From IMG/VR virus record IMGVR_UViG_3300025012_000032: DNA of 37,747 bases, one strand, 5' to 3'. The notes under the pieces are model-generated. The model was not told the origin of the DNA and made no database searches. It was given only the letters and a program-made list of their open reading frames with translations. Source of the stretch: a virus (lineage: Duplodnaviria; Heunggongvirae; Uroviricota; Caudoviricetes). The position numbers and the translations under genes were made by a program. Shown piece by piece: positions 18,858-28,337 of the stretch (position 1 is the stretch's first letter; the number at the start of each line of letters is the position of its first letter).

Positions 18858-19736
18858 ATGATTAGACACGTAGGATTCGCTTGCATGAGTAAAAAATGCA
18901 ATACAAAATATCAAACATTTCGATTAGCTTCATTTAGTGAATACAGATTAAAACAAACCATTGCTCACAATCTCAATGAAACTGAGCGTACAATTCAACA
19001 TTGTATTTTAGAAGGAATTAAATTATTTAGACTAAGTTCTGATCTAGTTCCATTTGCCACGCATAAAATTATGAAAGATATTGATTATATGTCTTGGATG
19101 CAATCTGATTTAAAAAGAATTGGCAATATAGCAAAAAATAATAATATGCTATTATCAATGCATCCATCTCAAATGTGTTGTATAAACAGTCCAAAGTTGG
19201 ATGTTGTAAATAATTCTATTAAAGATTTAATGTATCATTATGATATTCTCAATGCTATGGGCCTTGATGATTTTAATATTATTATTCATGTTGGTGGAGT
19301 TTATGGGAATAAAAGTGAAGCAATGAAAAGATTTATTGATGTGTTTAATAATTTGCCTTTAAATTTGAGAAATCATATCTTGCTAGAGAACGATGACAAA
19401 AGTTATACCATTAGTGATATAATGGAAATACACAAGAATACTGGTGTGAGAATTGTGTTTGATTTTCACCATCATGTAATTAATAATAATGGTACTGAAT
19501 TGAATTTAGAAGCGATATTTGCCACTTGTGGGGTTGGTAATGTGCCTAAGATTCATCTTAGTTCACCTAAGAATATTAAGGAGTTCAGGAGTCATTCTGA
19601 CACGATTGATTTTAATTATTGTAGTGATTTCTTTGAGAAGTATAAGGGTTTAGAATTTGATGCAATGATTGAGGCTAAGGATAAGGATTTGGCTGTAGGA
19701 AAGTTTGTTGAGGATTATAGGAGGGAAATTTGTTGA
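18858..19736 (+). CDS. uvsE: UV DNA damage endonuclease (UvsE/UvdE)
   Basis: GFAC...FRLSSDLVPFATH...SMHP...IHVGG...LENDD...FDFHHH...KIHLSSP...HSD...MIEAKDKD. Confidence 0.93.
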   Translation: MIRHVGFACMSKKCNTKYQTFRLASFSEYRLKQTIAHNLNETERTIQHCILEGIKLFRLSSDLVPFATHKIMKDIDYMSWMQSDLKRIGNIAKNNNMLLSMHPSQMCCINSPKLDVVNNSIKDLMYHYDILNAMGLDDFNIIIHVGGVYGNKSEAMKRFIDVFNNLPLNLRNHILLENDDKSYTISDIMEIHKNTGVRIVFDFHHHVINNNGTELNLEAIFATCGVGNVPKIHLSSPKNIKEFRSHSDTIDFNYCSDFFEKYKGLEFDAMIEAKDKDLAVGKFVEDYRREIC

Positions 19737-19953
19737 GCAAAGGAGAGAAATTATGATTATTAGTTTTGAAAAAATAGTTGAAAGATTTATATCTGCACAA
19801 GGAATAAGAGCAGTTGTTGTATCTAAATATATTGATGGAAATGAGTGCTTGATATCTTTACGAGGAGGATTTTCAACATCTATAAAAGTGGTTGAAGATA
19901 ATTTGTATAAAGACGATGTATTATATTGCAAAGTAGAAGATTTGTTTAGTTAA
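19705..19953 (+). CDS. Hypothetical phage protein (true start likely the ATG near 19753)
   Basis: AAGGAG RBS at about 19740. Confidence 0.55.
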   Translation: MLRIIGGKFVEQRREIMIISFEKIVERFISAQGIRAVVVSKYIDGNECLISLRGGFSTSIKVVEDNLYKDDVLYCKVEDLFS

Positions 19954-19965
19954 GGAGGACGTAAA

Positions 19966-20193
19966 ATGTATAAATATATTAATGAACCGAAAACTGAATC
20001 TGAACAAGAGGTTATGTGGAAAACAGCAGAAATATTAAGAAGGTTTATGTCTTTGGGAGATTCAGAACAACTAGAAAAGAAATTTATATTATATAGAGAT
20101 GAACATTATGTTAACAATGAAGGATTTGAACCTTGGTATGTTTGGTTTATGAAACAAATTGATGTTAATGTAACGATTAAAATTAAAAAGTAA
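19966..20193 (+). CDS. Hypothetical phage protein
   Basis: 75 aa; AAGGAGG RBS. Confidence 0.7.
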   Translation: MYKYINEPKTESEQEVMWKTAEILRRFMSLGDSEQLEKKFILYRDEHYVNNEGFEPWYVWFMKQIDVNVTIKIKK

Positions 20194-20234
20194 CCCCAGA
20201 AAAGCGTGTTTAATGGGATTTTTAAAAAAAGGAA

Positions 20235-20468
20235 GTGAATTTTATGTTAAAGTTTAAAATTGGAGACGAAGTAACTGTTGGTAAAATTGAGTATAAATTT
20301 GACGAATCTGAAGGAGAAGGAAGATTCATTGGTGCTGTTGGAAAAATTATTGAAGCAGTAGAAGGTGTCTCTCCTTATCAAATATGGTTCTATAACAAAG
20401 AGATTCAGAAAGTTAATGAAGAAATGGGTAGTAGATTGTTTGAGGAATCTGAATTATTTTTCCTGTAA
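20235..20468 (+). CDS. Small KOW/SH3-like protein
   Basis: KFKIGDEVTV...G.VGKIIE...PYQIWF...FEESEL pattern. Confidence 0.6.
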   Translation: MNFMLKFKIGDEVTVGKIEYKFDESEGEGRFIGAVGKIIEAVEGVSPYQIWFYNKEIQKVNEEMGSRLFEESELFFL

Positions 20469-20662
20469 AATTGGAAAACCATTTAAAAAGTAATTTTAAT
20501 TATTAGGAGGAATTATAATGAAAAAGACAAAGATTATTGAATACCAATACAATGAAGAAGATATTAAAATCATTAGAAACAAATTAATTGATATCGAATA
20601 TATGATTGATAATAAAAATTCTGAAGCAGAAATTATAAAAGATAGGATCAGAGAATTAATGG

Positions 20663-20851
20663 ATGAATATTTTGATTTATAAAGGAGCGATTATCATGAT
20701 TTGTAAATACTGTGGAGAAACTATGGAATTTGATTCAAGTGAAGGTATTGGTTACAATGAGATTCACCATTATAATTGTATTATATGTGAATCAAGTGTT
20801 ATTGTTCATGAGAATGGCGAAGAAGATACTTGGGAACATAGTGGAAAGTAA
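20663..20851 (+). CDS. Small zinc-ribbon protein (true start likely MICKYC, near 20697)
   Basis: CKYCG...CIICES. Confidence 0.6.
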   Translation: MNILIYKGAIIMICKYCGETMEFDSSEGIGYNEIHHYNCIICESSVIVHENGEEDTWEHSGK

Positions 20852-20863
20852 ACCTAGAAAACG

Positions 20864-21346
20864 ATGATTTGCTTGGAAGGAGTAGTTATGAGAAGAGAAG
20901 TTGATAATTTTGACTATGGTTGGATGAATGATCAATCAACATTCTATCTTAATGTATTTTTTGTAAATGGGATGTGGATAAAAGTAAATAATGATTATTT
21001 ATGTTTTAATATTGAATTAGATAAAGAAACTTTAACTTATATCATTAAGCATTCTATAAAATTGAGTTACCCTTGGTGTGGAACGTCAACTAGACTTGAA
21101 TGTGGGAAATATAAAACATACAAAGACGAATCAAAGAAAAGCAGAGAAATTGCAGTTAAGAAATTAATTCTCGATTGGTTTGTTGGCATGTATGGTTCTG
21201 ATGATTTACTTAAAAGACATTTTGGTGATGATTATATCTTAATTAAAGATAAGCTTGATACAGAATATACACAGGTGTGGGGTGAATATTTTAAAATCAC
21301 TCAAGACGCAATGAGAAAATTTGCAGAAGATTTTTGTTTGACTTAA
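20864..21346 (+). CDS. Hypothetical phage protein
   Basis: 160 aa ORF. Confidence 0.7.
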   Translation: MICLEGVVMRREVDNFDYGWMNDQSTFYLNVFFVNGMWIKVNNDYLCFNIELDKETLTYIIKHSIKLSYPWCGTSTRLECGKYKTYKDESKKSREIAVKKLILDWFVGMYGSDDLLKRHFGDDYILIKDKLDTEYTQVWGEYFKITQDAMRKFAEDFCLT

Positions 21347-21384
21347 GATTAAACTAAGATTTGAAGTGATTAGGAGGAGATTTT

Positions 21385-21666
21385 ATGAAACCATTTATTG
21401 AGTTCAAGGAAGAGTATTTTAATAATGTAGATAATAGTTATACGTTTGCAATATTTAGCAAAGAAACGGATAGGTTTTTACAATATTATCAAATTGTAAA
21501 AGATCATGCAAATAATAAGTATCGTATATTTGTAATCCCATTGTCTTTTATAAAGCCAGAAGTATTTGATTCTCAAATAGAAGCTGAAGAATGGATAAAA
21601 CAAAAAGATATTATTGTTTCTAAAAAAGTATTTCTATCATATAGTTTAGAAAAAATTGAAGAGTAG
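21385..21666 (+). CDS. Hypothetical phage protein
   Basis: 93 aa; AGGAGGAG RBS. Confidence 0.7.
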   Translation: MKPFIEFKEEYFNNVDNSYTFAIFSKETDRFLQYYQIVKDHANNKYRIFVIPLSFIKPEVFDSQIEAEEWIKQKDIIVSKKVFLSYSLEKIEE

Positions 21667-21880
21667 GTGGATTGATAAAAATGAAAAGTTATAAAATAAC
21701 AATTAATATATCAGAAGTCGGAGGAGTGTATAGCGCAAAAAATATGGAAGATGCTGAACAAATTGCACAGGAAGAATGTAATGATATATATGCACGACTT
21801 AGAGGTCGTTGTAAAGTTGAGGTAGAAAATATTGAATAAATAAACGATAATTAATTGAGTCTTTAAAACTTTGATTTTAA

Positions 21881-22756
21881 TTGAATAAAGGAGTGATAAT
21901 TTTGAAATTGAAATGTAATTGTTGCGATGGAATTTATAATTCTCTTGATATTCATTTTACAAGTGCTTGTGATAATAATTGTTCACATTGTGTTGATAGA
22001 TGTTTTAATGGTTTAAATATTTCTAAACCAGATGTTGAAGCAATCGTTAATACAATTGTAAACAACCAAGAAGGGGTAGATGACGTATTATTTCTTGGAG
22101 GCGAACCATGTTTATATCTTGATGAATTAGTAGATTGTGTAACACAAATTAAACAGAAAACTTCATTAAAAGTATTTGTTACCACATCTGTTCCTAAAGT
22201 ATGTAAAACAGAATATGATAAGTTTTTAAGATTATTAGATTTGCTTGATGGAATAAATTTATCTGTTCAACATTATAAAGAAGATATTGCAGATAAAATA
22301 AGAAATACGATTTCTACATATGATAGGCAAGAATTTTATTCCTTGTTACCTCAAAAGGACAAAATACGAATAAATTTGAATATAGTAAAACCATATTTAT
22401 ATACTAAAGAAGATATAAGTGCATGTTTAAGACATTATGATTCTATGGGATTTAATTCTATAAAATTATCTGAAATACAACATGGGAAAGATGTATTTGT
22501 TTCTTTTGAAAAAGTATTTAGTATTAATTTAGGATCACCATATTCAGATGGATGTCAAACATATTTAAATATGAATAATATATTAGAAGGATTTAAGACT
22601 CCAGTTCTATTAAAAAGATCATGTTTCATGTGCGAAGATACTTTAAAAGTTTCTATTCATGATGGTATTAAAGTGGTTAGAAATTTGTTTAGGTTTGTCG
22701 AAAATAAGTATGGTGTAGTTTATGAAAATGGGTTATTAACGAAAGGATGGATATAA
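21881..22756 (+). CDS. Radical SAM protein A (extra Cys at both termini)
   Basis: CDNNCSHC (CxxxCxxC), FLGGEP, N-terminal CNCC, C-terminal CQT...SCFMC. Confidence 0.88.
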   Translation: MNKGVIILKLKCNCCDGIYNSLDIHFTSACDNNCSHCVDRCFNGLNISKPDVEAIVNTIVNNQEGVDDVLFLGGEPCLYLDELVDCVTQIKQKTSLKVFVTTSVPKVCKTEYDKFLRLLDLLDGINLSVQHYKEDIADKIRNTISTYDRQEFYSLLPQKDKIRINLNIVKPYLYTKEDISACLRHYDSMGFNSIKLSEIQHGKDVFVSFEKVFSINLGSPYSDGCQTYLNMNNILEGFKTPVLLKRSCFMCEDTLKVSIHDGIKVVRNLFRFVENKYGVVYENGLLTKGWI

Positions 22757-22757
22757 T

Positions 22758-22853
22758 ATGTATACAAAATTATTAAAAGTGGTAGTTAAATTACAAAGAA
22801 GACTGGCTGGACATTGTGGAGGTAGTTCTGGTGGTAGTGGGCATTGCTCATAA
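22758..22853 (+). CDS. 31-aa putative RiPP precursor MYTKLLKVVVKLQRRLAGHCGGSSGGSGHCS (not in ORF track)
   Basis: AAAGGA at 22742-22747, ATG at 22758, TAA at 22851-22853; lies between two radical SAM genes. Confidence 0.7.
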   Translation: MYTKLLKVVVKLQRRLAGHCGGSSGGSGHCS

Positions 22854-22902
22854 AATACTCAATTCATTTAGTAATAAAATAAAAAAATAAAGGAGAGATA
22901 AT

Positions 22903-24147
22903 ATGAAATTAGAAAATATAGGATTCTATACATTGAGTGACAATAGATGTAAAAGAACAAGTGTTGATTCTCAACTCATGAGATGTGAGCTAATATTGAC
23001 AGATGCTTGTAATTTTAAATGTCCATACTGTAGAGGTCTTAGGCCAGATTTAAAAGGTACAATGACACTAGAAAGAGCTAAATACATAATTGATTTATGG
23101 ACTAAAGATAATCTGAAAAATATTAGACTGTCTGGTGGAGAACCTACTGTTTGGAAAGACATTGTAGAATTAGTCAAATATATTAAATTCAAAGGCGTAG
23201 AACGTATTGCTATCTCTACTAATGGATATGCAGAAATAGATTTATATGAAAAACTAATCAAAGCAGGAGCAAATGATTTTTCAATATCCTTAGATGCTTG
23301 TTGTAGTGCTTTTGGTGATGCAATGGCAGGAGGAATTAATGGAGCGTGGGATAAGGTTATTTCTAATATTAAAGAAATATCTAAACTTACATATGTCACA
23401 GTTGGAGTTGTAGTTACTGAAGAAACTGTAAGTGATTTGAAAAACACAATTGAATTTGCTTCAAGTTTAGGTGTTGCAGATATTAGAATTATCTCTTCGG
23501 CACAATATAATCAATTGCTTGATGTTGCGAAAACAGTATCAAAAGATGTTTATGAAAAATATCCTATTCTTAAATATCGTATTGAAAATTTGAACAATCA
23601 AAGAAACGTCAGAGGATTACAAGAAACTGATTCACATAGATGTGGATTGGTTTTGGATGATATGGCAATTGCAGGAGATTATCATTTCCCATGTATCATT
23701 TATATGCGCGAGGGTGGAAATCCCGTAGGTAAAGTTGGAGAAAATATGAGACAAGAAAGATTAAAATGGATGAAAAATCATGATACTCATAAAGATCCTA
23801 TTTGTAAAAATAATTGTCTTGATGTTTGTATTGATTATAATAATAAATACAACAAATATAATATCGAGAAAACTAGATTGTGTAAAATTGATAGTTCTAA
23901 TTTTGATTGGTTGAAGTGGTCTGCTGGTAGTATTCATGATTTTGGAATTCCTTGTAGGTTTGATACTTTGACTCAAAACAATAGTAAGAAATTATTAGAG
24001 CAATATGCTATAGGATGGGCATATGGAGAAAGTATTGTTTGTAAACCAAAAGAAAAACATGTTGCAGTTATGTTCGAGAAAGATGATAATCAGTTTTGGT
24101 TTCATGTAAGAAATAGTGAATTTATGGAGATATTTTGTAATCAGTAA
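22903..24147 (+). CDS. Radical SAM protein B (MoaA/SPASM-twitch-like Cys cluster plus an extra C-terminal domain)
   Basis: CNFKCPYC, LSGGEPT, ISTNG, SISLD; C-terminal CGLVLDD...FPCIIY...CKNNCLDVC. Confidence 0.9.
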   Translation: MKLENIGFYTLSDNRCKRTSVDSQLMRCELILTDACNFKCPYCRGLRPDLKGTMTLERAKYIIDLWTKDNLKNIRLSGGEPTVWKDIVELVKYIKFKGVERIAISTNGYAEIDLYEKLIKAGANDFSISLDACCSAFGDAMAGGINGAWDKVISNIKEISKLTYVTVGVVVTEETVSDLKNTIEFASSLGVADIRIISSAQYNQLLDVAKTVSKDVYEKYPILKYRIENLNNQRNVRGLQETDSHRCGLVLDDMAIAGDYHFPCIIYMREGGNPVGKVGENMRQERLKWMKNHDTHKDPICKNNCLDVCIDYNNKYNKYNIEKTRLCKIDSSNFDWLKWSAGSIHDFGIPCRFDTLTQNNSKKLLEQYAIGWAYGESIVCKPKEKHVAVMFEKDDNQFWFHVRNSEFMEIFCNQ

Positions 24148-24182
24148 TACTAGGAAATAATCGTTTCAAAGGAAGTGTAAAA

Positions 24183-24485
24183 ATGTTAACTATGGAAGAA
24201 AGACTCAAAAAGATAGCAGACCATTTTGATAATATGACTGATGAAGAGTTTGAAGAGAAATGTGGGTATCTATTTATTGATAAAGATAGCGAAGATAACC
24301 CCTGGCATCCATCAAAACAAAATAGTTTTTATCTTTGTTGGTATTGTGGCAAAGATGGCAATGCTCATTTATGTACAGATGGAATGGGTAGAGGATTTTG
24401 TCCAGAATGTAGAGATAGAGCAGAGAAGGAATTTTTAGATTGGGAAAATCCTAAACTGAGGGAGAGTTGGCAAGATGAAGAATAA
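24183..24485 (+). CDS. Zinc-finger hypothetical protein
   Basis: CWYCG...FCPEC. Confidence 0.65.
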   Translation: MLTMEERLKKIADHFDNMTDEEFEEKCGYLFIDKDSEDNPWHPSKQNSFYLCWYCGKDGNAHLCTDGMGRGFCPECRDRAEKEFLDWENPKLRESWQDEE

Positions 24486-24669
24486 AAATGATATTTGTAA
24501 TAGGTTAGTCGAATTACAATTAGAATGTATAAAAGTTAGTAAATCAATTTATGAATCCAGAGGTAATCCAAACTTATATTCAAATATGGAAAATGAAAAG
24601 GGGTATTTAGAATTCATAAAAGGTCAAATATCAACTTTACATTGGGTATTAGAAGGAGATACTGTATGA
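24475..24669 (+). CDS. Hypothetical phage protein
   Basis: 64 aa; ends TLHWVL. Confidence 0.65.
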   Translation: MKNKNDICNRLVELQLECIKVSKSIYESRGNPNLYSNMENEKGYLEFIKGQISTLHWVLEGDTV

Positions 24670-24910
24670 GAGATGGAGCCCCTGTAGTCATAGAGGTTGT
24701 TTAAATCACATTTCGCATCCTTGTGAGGGTTGTGGTAGGATTAGAGGGAGTTATGTTTTAGAATTAGCAATAGAAACATATAAGTATGGATTTGATGTTA
24801 TATATGATGGTGATAAGCAGAAAATAATGTTTGGTACTAAATGTAATCATTGTGGTAAATATTTTGAAAATGAAAATATATCATTATATTGTAGGAAGTG
24901 TTCGACATGA
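24666..24910 (+). pseudogene. Cys/His-rich phage protein with a 1-nt frameshift near 24678
   Basis: MRDG in one frame, then PCSHRGCLNHISHPCEGCGRIRG...CNHCG...CRKCST* in another; 245 nt = 3n-1. Confidence 0.6.
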
Positions 24911-25338
24911 AACAATATAAATTTAGAGCATGGGATAAGGAATATAATATTATGTCCGAAGTATACACCTTTTACATTGACGCAGATCAAGTTAAACTAA
25001 GAAGAAATGTTGGAGAAAACCATCGAACGGAACGTTATCTTCAGTTTATTGAAAATGTATAAATGATGCAATTTACAGGATTTAAAGAACGCACAGACAA
25101 CCCATCAGACAATAAAGAAATCTACGAAGGTGATATTGTTAGGGTTTGGGGTGGCACTTCACACTATGGATGTTGGGAATTTGATCAAATAATAATTATT
25201 AAGGATATGATTAACGATTGTTTTTATATAGGAGAAAGTGAATATGTTAAAATTATAGGGAATGTGTGGGAGAATCCAGATTTGGTTAAAAGAGAAGAAA
25301 ATAAAAAGGTAACATTAAACAAATCAGTTTTATGGTAG
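24907..25338 (+). pseudogene. yopX: YopX-family protein with an in-frame TAA at 25060-25062
   Basis: MKQYKFRAWDKE...ENV*MMQFTG...EIYEGDIV...IIGNVWENPDL in one continuous frame. Confidence 0.8.
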
Positions 25339-25378
25339 CCCAGAAAACAAATAATCTATGTAGTTAGGAGGAATTGAA

Positions 25379-25573
25379 GTGATAAATAGAACTGTAATTA
25401 ATAAAGGAATTAATGGTTCACTTGTAAGAGATGTAGAAATCCAACATCTTATTAAGCATAATTATGTTATTACAAACAGTGGATTTGTATGTATTACCAA
25501 TGAATTATGGGGCAAATTAATGAGTTCACAAGAAAATCAAGGGATTATAAAATCATTAAGAGAAAGCAAATAG
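25379..25573 (+). CDS. Hypothetical phage protein
   Basis: 64 aa; AGGAGG RBS. Confidence 0.6.
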   Translation: MINRTVINKGINGSLVRDVEIQHLIKHNYVITNSGFVCITNELWGKLMSSQENQGIIKSLRESK

Positions 25574-25609
25574 AATATTGTTTTTATCTTATGGAAGGAG
25601 GAAATAATT

Positions 25610-25972
25610 ATGTTCAGAAATTATAATCGAACAAAAGAAGAAGAGCATAAATTTAATTTATCATTTATTACATTAATAGTTGGAATAATTAATATATCTT
25701 TAATGTTTCTTGTTCTGCAAGGTGCTTATTCATTACATAGCCCCATTGAATTTGTTAGTGGATGTATTTTTCTATCAATTGGTTGGTATTGCTATATTGG
25801 TTATAAATTTGTAAAATCATTAGATAGAAAGGAAATTTATCATAGCAAAATTAATGATTATGATGAAGACAATATAATTGACGATGAGGTAAGGGAAGTA
25901 TTACTTCAATATCAAAAGGATAAAAGAGATGGGAAATTAGAGACATTTCCTTTGAGTGATTTAAGACAATAG
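25610..25972 (+). CDS. Two-TM membrane protein
   Basis: Two hydrophobic helices and an acidic tail. Confidence 0.7.
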   Translation: MFRNYNRTKEEEHKFNLSFITLIVGIINISLMFLVLQGAYSLHSPIEFVSGCIFLSIGWYCYIGYKFVKSLDRKEIYHSKINDYDEDNIIDDEVREVLLQYQKDKRDGKLETFPLSDLRQ

Positions 25973-25985
25973 GAGATGAAATAAT

Positions 25986-26324
25986 TTGCAAACACAAGGA
26001 TGTAAAATATCTAGTGAAGGAAAATTAAGTCTTTTGACGGGATGGTTTAAACAACGAAAAGAAGGTTATCATTGTTATTTTACTGATGAAAATAGTTATA
26101 GAGTAGAAGGATTTAAGATAAACAGATCATTTAGAAAAAGCAAAGAGCAAATTATTAAGGAATATGAAGAGTTGAAATTCAAAAGAAATGTAACATCTGT
26201 GATAATCGAAGAATTGTTAAAAACTGATGAGTTAAAAGATTATTTTGAAGCAAAAGAAAAATTAAGTTCGTTGAATGCTAAAATGGATAGATTAATGAGA
26301 GAAAGATTTGAAATCTCAAAATAA
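25986..26324 (+). CDS. Hypothetical phage protein
   Basis: 112 aa ORF (TTG start). Confidence 0.6.
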   Translation: MQTQGCKISSEGKLSLLTGWFKQRKEGYHCYFTDENSYRVEGFKINRSFRKSKEQIIKEYEELKFKRNVTSVIIEELLKTDELKDYFEAKEKLSSLNAKMDRLMRERFEISK

Positions 26325-26396
26325 CCCAACCTTGTAACCCTACTGTAGCAATGATTTTAAAACCAGTATTTCCCATAAAAATAAAATTTTATAGGT

Positions 26397-26621
26397 TTGG
26401 AAAGGAGAATAATTTTGGAATGTCCATATTGTGGTTATGAATTAAAATGCACAGATTACTATGGTAAGCGTCAAGTAGCAGAACATTATTGGTCGTACCC
26501 TCAGTCTTGGATAGAGAAAGAAGGAGATATTTTCAAATGTGATAATGAAGAATGCGAAATGTATCAAGAAAGTTTTTATACTGATTCAAGAGATGAATTA
26601 CATGAAGGTTATCCATGTTGA
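26397..26621 (+). CDS. Small zinc-ribbon protein
   Basis: CPYCG...CDNEEC...LHEGYPC. Confidence 0.65.
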   Translation: MERRIILECPYCGYELKCTDYYGKRQVAEHYWSYPQSWIEKEGDIFKCDNEECEMYQESFYTDSRDELHEGYPC

Positions 26622-27218
26622 TTTAATCAGATAAATGAGTTATTTAAAATGCTTTAAGAAAGAGGTAAAATTAAATGCTTAAAGGCCAAACAGGAACATT
26701 TATCTTACAAGCAGAAGATGGAGTGGTAAGATTATGTCATGATGCAGTTACTTGTAGTTATACTATTGGAATTAGAACTAATAAAGACTTTCAATGGAAA
26801 GATATAAGTGAAGAATTATATGAATTAATGATTAAAGAATTAGAAATTTAAGAAGGAAACAGATGGTAAAAGAACACATTCGAAGGATAAAGGAGACGTG
26901 TATTTAATGATTATTGTCGGAACGTGGCAAGAAATAGAAAGATTAAAGGATATGATTAAGTGTCCACACGAAGGAAAAGAATGTCCAAAGAGTAATATTT
27001 CATGTTGGGATTGTTTTGATGCAGAATATGATGTCAATCTTGATATTAAAGAATTGAAATAGATTCAGGTGAGAAACTTTAAAGGAAAGGAGGGAATACT
27101 TAATGAAATATCAAGAGTGCGTCCAATGCAAATGTAATACATGTGAAGATGAATATTGTAAGAACGAATCATGTAATGAAGGTTGCAGAGACAATAAATT
27201 TAACCCTGTTTTGATTGA

Positions 27219-27521
27219 TTGTCATGGATATTGTACGTTAGATTCACTTATAAAGGAGGAAATTTAATGAAGAAAACATATTGTGATGCATGTGAAAAAG
27301 AAGTAAAGCATAATTATCCTTTTACTTGTTTAGTACATATATTAGATGATGGTAAATATAGTGGTGGAGGATATGTAACCACTGACGAGGTTAATGGCAA
27401 GTGGTTGAGTGTATCAGGAAAAGAAGAATCAAAAGACCTGTGTTTAGAATGCTATAATAGAATTTATAGTTCTGCATGGGAAGAGTTTATAAAGATTAAA
27501 GAGGAGAATAAATTATTATGA
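27219..27521 (+). CDS. Zinc-finger protein (true start likely MKKTYCDAC after AAGGAGG)
   Basis: CDAC...LCLEC. Confidence 0.65.
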   Translation: MSWILYVRFTYKGGNLMKKTYCDACEKEVKHNYPFTCLVHILDDGKYSGGGYVTTDEVNGKWLSVSGKEESKDLCLECYNRIYSSAWEEFIKIKEENKLL

Positions 27522-27730
27522 TAAACAACATCACATGCCCTTATTATAAAAGCAAAGACACAAATATCAAAGAAATAATTTGGGTGTCTTTTAATCAAGA
27601 AAATGAAGGACTTGTAAAGATTATGCAATATTGTCAAACTTGTAAAAGTGAATATCCTGTATTGACTGAATTTAAATATGAAGTTATTAGTCAGGATTAT
27701 CAAGATAAGGAATTGATATTTAGAGATTAG
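27518..27730 (+). CDS. Small Cys-containing protein
   Basis: CPYY...CQTC. Confidence 0.6.
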   Translation: MINNITCPYYKSKDTNIKEIIWVSFNQENEGLVKIMQYCQTCKSEYPVLTEFKYEVISQDYQDKELIFRD

Positions 27731-27742
27731 GAGTGATTATTT

Positions 27743-28090
27743 ATGGATGACGAATTAGTTCAGTATTTTATCATTAATTCAGAATTAAACATGAGTGCAG
27801 GGAAGGTTTCAGCTCAAGTTGGACACGTTGCGACAATAATTACATATCATAGTGTTTCATTTAAAAAAGATATGTATTTAACTTGGTTGAGATGGTATCA
27901 AAAAGATCAGAAGAAAATAATTCTAAGAGGAAAGTAAAAGGATTTAGAGAAATTAATTGATGCAGGATTCTATTATATTAGAGATAATGGATGTAATGAA
28001 GTGAAACCAAATTCCCTTACATGTGTAGGACTTGAACCTATGCTTAAAAGTGAAGCACAGAAATATGTAAAGAGATTACAATTGTATTAG
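27743..28090 (+). pseudogene. pth2: Peptidyl-tRNA hydrolase type 2 (Pth2) with an in-frame TAA at 27935-27937
   Basis: QYFIIN.EL.MSAGKVSAQVGH...QKKIILRGK*KDL...IRDNGCNEVKPNSLTCVGLEP...KRLQLY. Confidence 0.85.
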
Positions 28091-28337
28091 ATTCCCAGAA
28101 AAGAATAGTTTTATATGGTTAGAAAGGAAATGATTGTTTGACTCAAATTAAGATTTTTAGTCGTGTTAATATTAATGATAGAATATCTGATTTAGAAGAG
28201 GATATTAATAAATGGCTTAATTGTAATGAAGATGAAGTGGAAGTGTTAGAAATTAAATGGCATTTTGAAAACACTAGGGTAGTAATGATAGTTTATAAAC
28301 TGGTTTAAACTAAGTATAAAAAAAGGAGTTAATTAAA

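Noticed and set aside
25060-27937. Stop-codon reassignment or programmed readthrough to explain the two in-frame TAA codons
   Set aside because: TAA is the normal terminator of most intact genes here, no suppressor tRNA is visible, and frameshift lesions also occur, so mutation or sequencing error is simpler.
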